From a virus, in the IMG/VR virus record IMGVR_UViG_3300025671_000038: a stretch of DNA of 64,000 nt; one strand, written 5' to 3'. The notes beneath the pieces were generated by a model. It was not told the origin of the DNA and did no database searches. It saw only the letters and a program-made list of their open reading frames with translations. The position numbers and the translations under genes were made by a program. The stretch's first letter is position 1. Each line of letters starts with the position of its first letter. Shown in pieces: positions 10,102-17,764 of this stretch.

Positions 10102-10483
10102 GATCACTTCTTCTTTCCAAATAGCCCCGGAGCTTTTTGTCAGTGGGTGATATCTCTAAATTTCCATTTACGAAAATTTCCCAGGACTCAATAGCATATT
10201 TACCTACCCCGGGGAGATCGGAGGGGTCGTCAAAACCTTCCAACCAAACTTTAGACATGTTAACTATCCTCTTAGCCTTTATGTTGTAAAATCCGGTAGG
10301 CCTTATCACATCAGCAATTAGGTCAGGATCCATTTGTGAGCAGGTAAGAGGATCTTTTATTAGATTCAAGAGATTGGGTAAAACCTTTCTAACCTGCATA
10401 TTGGTTGTTTGGTTGAGCAATATGCAGACCACTACCATTTCCCAAGGCCTATTTGGATAATCTTCCTGAATCAATCTTTCCAT
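10070..10483 (-). CDS. HhH-GPD DNA glycosylase, MBD4/endonuclease III-like catalytic domain
   Basis: PWEMVVVCILLNQT, IRPTGFYNIKAKRI, HhH LPGVGKYAIESW, then PTDKKL; no 4Fe-4S cysteines. Confidence 0.85.
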   Translation of the reverse strand: MERLIQEDYPNRPWEMVVVCILLNQTTNMQVRKVLPNLLNLIKDPLTCSQMDPDLIADVIRPTGFYNIKAKRIVNMSKVWLEGFDDPSDLPGVGKYAIESWEIFVNGNLEISPTDKKLRGYLERRSDPIRNGASPTL

Positions 10484-10484
10484 T

Positions 10485-10703
10485 CTAAAAATTACTTCTT
10501 CGCAATATGTTACGATATCTGTTTACCTCCTTGTCGAAGAGAGACGTTGTATCGGAATAGGAAGAATCCATAATTACAGAAAGCTTCCTTATGCACTCAT
10601 CTCTATCTAGGATCATCTTGTATTCAGGATTCTTGCTCTTTTCTTCAAGTTCTGAGGCGTGCTCTTTGGCTATCCTCTGCAACATCTCGGTTTCTCTAGA
10701 CAT
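10485..10703 (-). CDS. Hypothetical protein
   Basis: 72-aa ORF with ATG start, tightly packed with its neighbours on the dominant strand. Confidence 0.6.
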   Translation of the reverse strand: MSRETEMLQRIAKEHASELEEKSKNPEYKMILDRDECIRKLSVIMDSSYSDTTSLFDKEVNRYRNILRRSNF

Positions 10704-10725
10704 ATAAAATTAATTCACATTTAAT

Positions 10726-10752
10726 AAAAAAGCCCGCTTGAGGGCGAGCTTT
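10726..10752 (-). terminator. Rho-independent terminator after hsp20
   Basis: Minus strand AGCTCGC-cctcaa-GCGGGCT followed by a T run, 30 nt after the hsp20 stop. Confidence 0.7.
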
Positions 10753-10782
10753 CTATTAGAGTGGGTATGGAAAATTTCGGTC

Positions 10783-11139
10783 TTAAGAGATCTTAATCTT
10801 TCTGGGTAATGATTCCTCCCTTTTATCGAGGGATATTTCTAAAACCCCGTCATTAATAACAGCTTTGATCTTATCAGAATTTACTGAATTTGGTATTTTA
10901 AATCTCTTAATAAAATCTTGGGTCCAGTGAGAATCGTTTCCGGTTCCCTCTATAACCAAAGTGTTACCCTCAAGCTCCACACTTACATCCTTATTTTTAT
11001 ACCCAGGAACGGGTATTTCTATGGAGTAATATTTGTCCTCTTCCCTGATAAAATATTCTCTGGTGGGAACTAGGCTATTCTGATTTGACAGGATTCTTTC
11101 CATCATTTCCAGCGGTGAGTAAATGGTTGTGTTTAGCAT
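10783..11139 (-). CDS. Small heat-shock protein (Hsp20/alpha-crystallin)
   Basis: YSIEIPVPGYKNKDVSVELEGNTLVI ... FIKRFKIP ... IKAVINDGVLEISL. Start moved to ATG 11139 after an A-rich leader. Confidence 0.92.
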   Translation of the reverse strand: MLNTTIYSPLEMMERILSNQNSLVPTREYFIREEDKYYSIEIPVPGYKNKDVSVELEGNTLVIEGTGNDSHWTQDFIKRFKIPNSVNSDKIKAVINDGVLEISLDKREESLPRKIKIS

Positions 11140-11253
11140 GTTTTTTTTATTTTTTTGTTTAGCAATATTCGAAAATTGTTCCAATACACAAGGACACAAA
11201 AAAAGGCGACTTTGTGTCACCTTTTTTCCGAAATATATGAAATTTTGTCTCCC

Positions 11254-11745
11254 TTACTTTTTAAGTTGGAGCTTTTTCATAGCTTCAACAAAAGTCCCAA
11301 AATCTTTTACCACTCTTTCTCTCTTCTTCTTGGATTTTTTTCTTGCAGCAGGAGTTCCGACGGTTAATGTGTCGAACTTATCTCCAGACCCAACGGGTCC
11401 ATTATAAAAATCCGCGTTGGTGCCTCCGGAGCCAGGCGCTTCTACCGCTCCCATCCCAGAAACCGTATTAAGGGTAGCAAAGGATCCTCCCATGTCGCCA
11501 GCAGGTGCTCCGCCTTCCATCTCCTTCAATGAGTAGGAGTCACAGTCGCACTTCTGCAATATCTCATTTTCCATCTGCCATTTTTCTACGCAGTAATTAT
11601 TCTCATCTAGCCAAGATTTGTATGCAGATTCTACAGTTTCTGGGGAGCACCCAGATTCCATAACCGGAGTATCGTCCTCACAGCAGAGACAAACCAAGGT
11701 CCTTCCCTGTGGTGATTTTCCTGTGGGGTAATATAAATTTTCCAT
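11254..11745 (-). CDS. Hypothetical protein (Cys-containing N-terminus, Gly-rich middle, CTS-like C-terminus)
   Basis: 163-aa ORF in a tightly packed gene run; ends VVKDFGTFVEAMKK. Confidence 0.6.
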   Translation of the reverse strand: MENLYYPTGKSPQGRTLVCLCCEDDTPVMESGCSPETVESAYKSWLDENNYCVEKWQMENEILQKCDCDSYSLKEMEGGAPAGDMGGSFATLNTVSGMGAVEAPGSGGTNADFYNGPVGSGDKFDTLTVGTPAARKKSKKKRERVVKDFGTFVEAMKKLQLKK

Positions 11746-11750
11746 ATTGC

Positions 11751-11984
11751 TTATGCTGTTGCTTTTATATTTTTAGAAAATATCCTTACCGTATTCTGGG
11801 ATTGGTCCTTTGTGATGTAGCCTATTATATCATTATAAGAATCATAGATAGGATCAGTAACTAATAACTTCCTATCGTGATTATCGATCACCCAGCTACC
11901 GACTAAAGAAGTGGATTCCTTCTCCGCAGCAGTTCTAGTCTTAGAAGCCGCTAAATTTTTTCTTTTGCTACAACCGCATCCCAT
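11751..11984 (-). CDS. Hypothetical protein with MGCGC N-terminus
   Basis: 77-aa ORF; GATAAATA about 26 nt upstream (12010-12017). Confidence 0.6.
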   Translation of the reverse strand: MGCGCSKRKNLAASKTRTAAEKESTSLVGSWVIDNHDRKLLVTDPIYDSYNDIIGYITKDQSQNTVRIFSKNIKATA

Positions 11985-12012
11985 GGTAAAATTGTTTCTA
12001 TTTCTATTCTAT

Positions 12013-12432
12013 TTATCTGTAGTTTCCTCTTAATTCCTTCCTCCTTAAATAATTGAAGAGATATCTGAGTCCCTTCTTGTATTCAGCGGAATTTCTAAAT
12101 GGAGAAGGATAGGTTCGGATTGGGTTACCTTGACCCTCAGGGGTTTCCTCACTTCCCCTTACCTCTACAGGGTTATATCTTCTAACTACCCCTGTTGGAT
12201 GTATAGTATAAAACACTTCTCCATATCCATCAATAGAAGGCTGTGATTTTCTCTGGAACTTTAGAGTATTATTTAACTCCTGCTGGTGTGAGGTAACGTC
12301 CTCAAATCCGAGATCGAGAATATCGAGATATTCAATCTCCTTACGGATTTTTTCCAGATCTATATTTCTCCTGTTATCCTCCTGATACTCTTCCCTAGGT
12401 TCGTAATCTTTGTAAGACTTAATAGGCGACAT
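12013..12432 (-). CDS. Hypothetical protein with a capsid-targeting-like N-terminus
   Basis: MSPIKSYKDYEPREE; start overlaps the upstream stop at 12432. Confidence 0.6.
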   Translation of the reverse strand: MSPIKSYKDYEPREEYQEDNRRNIDLEKIRKEIEYLDILDLGFEDVTSHQQELNNTLKFQRKSQPSIDGYGEVFYTIHPTGVVRRYNPVEVRGSEETPEGQGNPIRTYPSPFRNSAEYKKGLRYLFNYLRRKELRGNYR

Positions 12433-12854
12433 TACTTCTTATTAGATTTTATCCAGTCCCTGTAATCCTTCAGGTTAGCGAGATTTTTGTTACCTGCTTT
12501 CTTCTTGGCGTCAGGATTCAAATAGGGAATAATTGGCTTTATCCCTTCACCGAAATTCATCATGGGTGTGAAAGAAGGCAAATCCTTGGATTTTATAACC
12601 TTAAGATTTTCCCCTACCGGTTCCCCGTCCTCCACTTTATCTGGGAGATCACTGGATTTTGTTTTTGCAAACTTTTTTAGCTCCTTGTCTGTCATAGGGG
12701 CTATAAATCTACCACCATCGTCCTTGTACCCGAAAGCTATCTTTTTAATCTCATCCCTCCATTTGGGGTTAATATCCTTAAGCTTCAGATCTCCCTGTCT
12801 TACCGCCCAGGCCTGACCCATTATAGCTTGTTGTGCTTTACTAACAGAAGGCAT
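12432..12854 (-). CDS. DUF3008-like protein
   Basis: MPSVSKAQQAIMGQAWAVRQG ... MTDKELKKFAKTKSSDLPDKV matches the recalled DUF3008 pattern. Confidence 0.6.
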   Translation of the reverse strand: MPSVSKAQQAIMGQAWAVRQGDLKLKDINPKWRDEIKKIAFGYKDDGGRFIAPMTDKELKKFAKTKSSDLPDKVEDGEPVGENLKVIKSKDLPSFTPMMNFGEGIKPIIPYLNPDAKKKAGNKNLANLKDYRDWIKSNKK

Positions 12855-12864
12855 TTGATATTTC

Positions 12865-13401
12865 TTATTTTATGAAGGAATCGTATGCAGTCACATACTT
12901 CATAGATTCCTCTATCTTTTTTAGCTTAGTATAATAGTCGGGATCTTCCATTAGATGATCTTTAGCAATTTCGGATGCTATAAGCTCGTCACCGGTGTGC
13001 TCCATTTCAACACTAATCCCAATTGCTAATTGGCCTTCCAGATGTGATAGCATCTTTTCTATTTCCTCTCTATCAACATGATCCTTAGAGTCATCATAGG
13101 TGTGCAGGATGGCAATGTCACGAAGATTCTTTCCCGATGAAATTCCACCCTCAATTCTTTCATCAGAATCCTCTTGAAGATATAGACCCTTCATCTTCTT
13201 TTTTATCTCGCTGGGAGACATGGGTTTAGCATTAAGCCCCCAATTTGCATTAGGATCTATGATCTTCTTCTTGCTTTTCTTCCACTCAGGATACATCCAA
13301 AGCCACCTGTTATAGCCCTTCCCTACTATCTCAAATCCCTTGTCACCGGGCTGGATGGCTATAGGAGATTGCGGTGGTATGTAACTTCCGGTATCAGCCA
13401 T
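12865..13401 (-). CDS. DUF5661-like protein
   Basis: LAIGISVEMEHT...IASEIAKDHLMEDPDYYTKLKKIE matches the recalled GxxVExEH...EIAxDHLxExPxYYxxL pattern. Confidence 0.65.
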   Translation of the reverse strand: MADTGSYIPPQSPIAIQPGDKGFEIVGKGYNRWLWMYPEWKKSKKKIIDPNANWGLNAKPMSPSEIKKKMKGLYLQEDSDERIEGGISSGKNLRDIAILHTYDDSKDHVDREEIEKMLSHLEGQLAIGISVEMEHTGDELIASEIAKDHLMEDPDYYTKLKKIEESMKYVTAYDSFIK

Positions 13402-13607
13402 TATTCTATCACTGCTTCTATTTTTGATTTTGAAATCTGAGTGGTCTCAAAAAATCCAGTTGTCCCTTCAAGGAATCCTGCTACCTTTGTTTCTACCTCC
13501 AAAACAGATTCTGCAGCAACCAGGAATTCCGATTTATGAATTACAGGGTCACCATTTCTTTTAGTTTCGGTAGACTCAAAGCTTACTTTTGCAACGTAAT
13601 ATCCCAT
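13401..13607 (-). CDS. DUF4494-like small protein
   Basis: YYVAKVSFE...G...KSEFLVAAESVLEVETKV resembles Bacteroidota DUF4494 (WFECKVxYE...YLVxAxSFTEAE). Confidence 0.55.
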   Translation of the reverse strand: MGYYVAKVSFESTETKRNGDPVIHKSEFLVAAESVLEVETKVAGFLEGTTGFFETTQISKSKIEAVIE

Positions 13608-13626
13608 TTTCTAATAATTTACTGTT

Positions 13627-13634
13627 TATATATC
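13627..13634 (-). promoter_or_regulatory. GATATATA putative phage promoter
   Basis: Between the terminator at 13647-13673 and the ORF start at 13607. Confidence 0.6.
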
Positions 13635-13646
13635 CATCTAATACAA

Positions 13647-13673
13647 GAAAGGCAACCTCTCTGGTTGCCTTTC
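13647..13673 (-). terminator. Rho-independent terminator after the Hc1-like gene
   Basis: Perfect 11-bp stem GAAAGGCAACC-agaga-GGTTGCCTTTC followed by TTGTATT, 20 nt after the stop. Confidence 0.75.
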
Positions 13674-13692
13674 AATGTTTTCTTTTGGGAAA

Positions 13693-13869
13693 TCAGGAAT
13701 TGTTCTTCATATCCTGAACATCCAGTCTAACTTGCTGTGCTAGCTTTTTAACTTCTTGCATAGCTTGTCTTACTCTAGTACCAGCTGCCTTGTTTCCTTT
13801 CTCAGTAAACTTAGCAACATCAGCTTCAGCAGATTCTAGAACTGCTTTAATTTGTTCAAATGTCTCCAT
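13693..13869 (-). CDS. Histone H1-like nucleoid protein (Hc1/HctA family), 58 aa; not in the ORF track
   Basis: Manual translation: METFEQIKAVLESAEADVAKFTEKGNKAAGTRVRQAMQEVKKLAQQVRLDVQDMKNNS. KGNKAAGTRxR is the Hc1 signature. Confidence 0.85.
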   Translation of the reverse strand: METFEQIKAVLESAEADVAKFTEKGNKAAGTRVRQAMQEVKKLAQQVRLDVQDMKNNS

Positions 13870-13924
13870 TTTTTTTCTATTAAGATTTAAAATTTATACT
13901 GGTCAATGTGTTTTTGTTTCACCT

Positions 13925-14458
13925 TTATCTGCTAATTATGAAAGTTCCCTCGTGTGATCCTTCCTGTATAGACCATTCAGGACCGATGAATGATAGCAAT
14001 ATGGACTTCATGTTTTCTCCGTAATTGTCTACCTCCAGATGGTCTTGCATCTCGTCGAACATTCTAATCACCTTAGGGTTCTTTTCCAGGTAGCTTAGGA
14101 TGGCCTTAGCTATTTGCTCAAAGAACCTAGACATATCATTATCTTTCAACCTGAATTTACCCTCGCTAAGTTCGGGGATTTCAGCTTTACCCATTGCAAT
14201 ATCTTCTATTATTTCGGGTGCGATTTCATTGACATTCAAAACAGCATAGGAATTTTTAGGACCCTCCATAGTTTCGTATTGAGAGTATTTACCTATCATG
14301 AACATGATTCCTTTTTGCCCGCCATTTTCTAATTCCAGCTGGAAAAAGTAGTAGAAGAGATCTCCATCTCTCTTTTGCAAGAACGGCAATGTTCCAAAAC
14401 CGTCACCTTCATTTAGAGATCCCACGAAATCCTTAAAGTTCCTTATTCTTTTTTCCAC
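13925..14458 (-). CDS. Hypothetical protein with a capsid-targeting-like N-terminus
   Basis: MEKRIRNFKDFVGSLNEG; GATATATA at 14478-14485. Confidence 0.65.
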   Translation of the reverse strand: MEKRIRNFKDFVGSLNEGDGFGTLPFLQKRDGDLFYYFFQLELENGGQKGIMFMIGKYSQYETMEGPKNSYAVLNVNEIAPEIIEDIAMGKAEIPELSEGKFRLKDNDMSRFFEQIAKAILSYLEKNPKVIRMFDEMQDHLEVDNYGENMKSILLSFIGPEWSIQEGSHEGTFIISR

Positions 14459-14477
14459 TTTATTAAGCTTATTTTTT

Positions 14478-14485
14478 TATATATC
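14478..14485 (-). promoter_or_regulatory. GATATATA putative phage promoter
   Basis: Intergenic, 20 nt upstream of ATG 14458. Confidence 0.6.
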
Positions 14486-14490
14486 CAACT

Positions 14491-16407
14491 TTACACTCCC
14501 TTTATTAGATCATTATAAAGGTTGGAAACCTCCCTTGGAACCAATTTCTTGAATTTAGAAAAGTCCCTATCCGAAAGTGTTTGTCTAACCTTAGTTCCGG
14601 AGGTACCCCTTGGGGTCTCTTCCAGTGAGAAGCCTGGACTTAATTTGTCCTTTATGTCGGATACCTTTATGTAATCCATCTGTTTAGAGTAATCGTCGAT
14701 ACGATCCTCCCCAGCACCTACTAGCTGAGGGTCATATCCCATGGAGATCAATTTTGCTACGCCAGACCCTAAAAGACCCCTAGTTACCATCTCATATCCG
14801 GCTATTTCGTCGTTGTTTTGAACAACAGCTTCCATATATCTCCTAACAGTTTCGGGGTCGAATGGGGATTTACCCGATTTATTATGTCCAGGATGAACAA
14901 CCAGTAGGTAAGATGGGTACCCATTTTTATCCATCATATGTTTGGCCATTTTTAAATGCCCTGAATGAAATGGCTGAAATCTCCCCATGATGATATTAAC
15001 CTTCTGTGAATTATTCTCATCCTCATCTTCCTCAATCACTTGGATTTCTTCAGGAGCTGAAGAATTAGCATCTATGGTTTCCAAAGTATTTATAAACTCA
15101 TCATAAGAATGGAAATGGTCCTCGTCGCTATCTGAGACATCATCTTCCTCCTTGATATAATTAACCGGCTGAACAAACTCCCTTCTAAACTCATCGAATG
15201 AGAAAAAGTGTGATTCATTAACCTTACTCTTAGGCTTTTTGATGTACTCCTTTATGTCCTTAATCAGGGAATTAAGTTGGTCCATCATACCAACCGTTAT
15301 GATTCCACCAGCTCTGGTCTTGATTTTCCGGAACGAATTAAGCATCAACTTAAATAAAGACTCGAAAGATTCATCCTGCTTAACTAGTTTGAGAACCCTG
15401 CTATCTCTAACCATATCCATATTTAACCTAAAGTCATCTCTCTTTAAATATTCGGGCTCTTCGAAATCAGTACCAGCATATTTTTTGGAATAACGATCTA
15501 GGAATTTCACGAAAACATCGGACATGAATGAGATGTATCTTTCGTCGTCGCTTTCACCCTGTACATCAAAGGAGTCAATTCCTTCCTCCAGAATGAAGTT
15601 CATAACATCCATTATAGTTATCCCCAAGAAATCACTAGGTTTTTTAGTCTTTCGATTCTGAGCTTTCTGTTTAGCCATCTCTGTAAAAACCGGATCAACC
15701 ATTTTGGCAAGCACGGTATCACTCTCTTTATCCGGCTCGCCGAACCTGAAAACTACACCCTCCACGTCCTTGTCCAGATCATCATTCAGTGCTGTTTTAG
15801 TTAATTCAGGATTTAGAGTCTTTATAATGAATCTCACGAAGCTATTAGTCCGGAACTTTTCAACCAACTCCTTGAAGGGGGTTTCCATAAATTCCATTAA
15901 GTCGGATTTCTGATCCTCACTTAATCTACCCTGAAATATAATGGGGGGTTTCTCTACCCCCAGTAAGTCCGCCCAGTCATCCAATTTTTCTTTGTCCTGT
16001 ACGGTCTTCTTTATCTTACCCCCGTCTCCCATTTGGTGTACGTAGGAAAGTATCAGGTTATTTTTCGGGATCCTATCATATACAATTTCAACCGGAGCCT
16101 TGTTAGCAAAATACTCAAGTCCAAATCTCCATCCTCTAGGGATTCTCTCAAGTATATGTGGGGGTAGTGATTCTATATACTGGATTGGTTTCTCGTAGTA
16201 TTTCATCAAGGTACGATCTACCAGGGTAATAGGATTTCTTTGGTCCCTCCGATAAAATCTAAATTTACCGCTTTCTCTATCTCTCTCGAAAGAAAAGGCA
16301 GATCCATCCATCTTTTCATTAATCGTTACAAACTGATTAAAGAGCTGATTTATAAAATCTGCTCCTTTTTTGTTGTACATGTCATATAGATGATTAATCC
16401 CCGCCAT
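14491..16407 (-). CDS. Fusion protein: N-terminal ATP-dependent ligase-type nucleotidyltransferase domain (Rnl2-like) plus C-terminal HIGH-family cytidylyltransferase/NMN adenylyltransferase-like domain
   Basis: Ligase motif I NEKMDGS, III GLEYF, IV DVEGVVFR, V LAKMVD; C-terminal IIMGRFQPFHSGH (HxGH) and TSGTKVR. ATG 16407 preferred. Confidence 0.75.
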   Translation of the reverse strand: MAGINHLYDMYNKKGADFINQLFNQFVTINEKMDGSAFSFERDRESGKFRFYRRDQRNPITLVDRTLMKYYEKPIQYIESLPPHILERIPRGWRFGLEYFANKAPVEIVYDRIPKNNLILSYVHQMGDGGKIKKTVQDKEKLDDWADLLGVEKPPIIFQGRLSEDQKSDLMEFMETPFKELVEKFRTNSFVRFIIKTLNPELTKTALNDDLDKDVEGVVFRFGEPDKESDTVLAKMVDPVFTEMAKQKAQNRKTKKPSDFLGITIMDVMNFILEEGIDSFDVQGESDDERYISFMSDVFVKFLDRYSKKYAGTDFEEPEYLKRDDFRLNMDMVRDSRVLKLVKQDESFESLFKLMLNSFRKIKTRAGGIITVGMMDQLNSLIKDIKEYIKKPKSKVNESHFFSFDEFRREFVQPVNYIKEEDDVSDSDEDHFHSYDEFINTLETIDANSSAPEEIQVIEEDEDENNSQKVNIIMGRFQPFHSGHLKMAKHMMDKNGYPSYLLVVHPGHNKSGKSPFDPETVRRYMEAVVQNNDEIAGYEMVTRGLLGSGVAKLISMGYDPQLVGAGEDRIDDYSKQMDYIKVSDIKDKLSPGFSLEETPRGTSGTKVRQTLSDRDFSKFKKLVPREVSNLYNDLIKGV

Positions 16408-16412
16408 TCTTA

Positions 16413-16853
16413 TCAATTATAGTTTATATCGTTATTCGAACCGGCTTTAATGAAGTGAGAACCAAACTGAAGATCCATTTCAGACTTAGCCTTCCCATTT
16501 ACTATTAAATAACCTATACCTTTTATGATAGTTTCCAATAGAATTTTCGATTTATCTCTCAAATCTTTCTGGTATAGCTCAGATAACTCCAGTAAAAGAT
16601 CATCCAGGTCGGGGGCACTATCTTCCTTAGTTATAAGGTCAAATATTTCTTTCTCCATGGTATAAACAACATCATCCTCCAATAAAATATCCCAGTCTCC
16701 ATTCTTATTCTCGGATAAGCTGCCGTGGTTACCGAGTACCGTGGAAAATTCTATATTGTCACCTTCTCTTCCTACCAAGAGCGGGGAATCATTCTCCAAG
16801 AAAACCTCCAGAGCACCGTACATTAGGTCGTTATGTCTATTAGTAAAATCCAT
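16413..16853 (-). CDS. Hypothetical acidic protein
   Basis: 146-aa ORF coupled to the upstream stop at 16853. Confidence 0.6.
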   Translation of the reverse strand: MDFTNRHNDLMYGALEVFLENDSPLLVGREGDNIEFSTVLGNHGSLSENKNGDWDILLEDDVVYTMEKEIFDLITKEDSAPDLDDLLLELSELYQKDLRDKSKILLETIIKGIGYLIVNGKAKSEMDLQFGSHFIKAGSNNDINYN

Positions 16854-17764
16854 TATCTAACTTCAACTGGTATTTCATATCCGCCATTCTCCAAATATCT
16901 GAGAAGATCCTTCTTTATATCTTCAAACTTATCTGAATGTATAAAATCTGGAGATGACACTATAGACCAAACATCCTCGAATGTTTTCACGTCATTCTCG
17001 CCAAATCCCTTACCCAAGATCATCTCTATAAATTCATCGGGTTCCCTCGTTATGAACTCAGTACTTCCACTTACGGTTTTGGGATTTTTTAATCTCTTTG
17101 TAGCCCCCTTGAAGCTCTTCTTGTTCTTAAAAATACCGTCGCTAAGTCTGAGAGCGTAAGAATAAAAATCCTCCATCTCGCCATCCGGATCTTCAGTTAT
17201 GACCTCCTTCAAGGAGGATAATATAGCTTGGAAGAGCCAATTTCTATGTGCTGATTTGTATCTACTCTCATTCTTCCTATAGTCCGGGGAATAAAAAATA
17301 AATTTAGCCCAATCCATATCCGAGAGAGGAATAAGATCTAGCTGAACAATACCATTATTCGGATCACCCTCTATTGGCCACCCAATCGAAATAACGTTTA
17401 TTCCCTTCATCAGCTTTATGTCAGGTACAAACCCAATCCTATCTGGGAGCTCCTTAGTAAGCTTATCGTAGATAAATTCCAGCACGTTATCTGCATTTGT
17501 ACTGTATTTCCTAGCTATGAAGCTCTTGTCTATCCCAAGATCTATGTCACCTGAGGTTTCTTCTGCTCCCTTCTTTTTACCAACGCTTCCTATGACAAGA
17601 TAGTCCTTATCAATCTCGCCATCACCTATAAGGGGGAAAAGTATTTCCTTTATGGAATCCAAAGTACCGGGAACCTCTCTTTCCTTTATTCTCCTGGATG
17701 TCTTTATAGCTGCCCCACCTTCGAAGAGTGCTATGTAATTTTTATAAGAATGTATCCTTCCCAT
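16853..17764 (-). CDS. Pol-beta-superfamily nucleotidyltransferase-like protein with a capsid-targeting-like N-terminus
   Basis: YLVIGSVGKK...SGDIDLGID (hG[GS]...DhD), third acidic residue in IVQLDLIP; begins MGRIHSYKNYIALFEGG. Confidence 0.7.
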   Translation of the reverse strand: MGRIHSYKNYIALFEGGAAIKTSRRIKEREVPGTLDSIKEILFPLIGDGEIDKDYLVIGSVGKKKGAEETSGDIDLGIDKSFIARKYSTNADNVLEFIYDKLTKELPDRIGFVPDIKLMKGINVISIGWPIEGDPNNGIVQLDLIPLSDMDWAKFIFYSPDYRKNESRYKSAHRNWLFQAILSSLKEVITEDPDGEMEDFYSYALRLSDGIFKNKKSFKGATKRLKNPKTVSGSTEFITREPDEFIEMILGKGFGENDVKTFEDVWSIVSSPDFIHSDKFEDIKKDLLRYLENGGYEIPVEVR

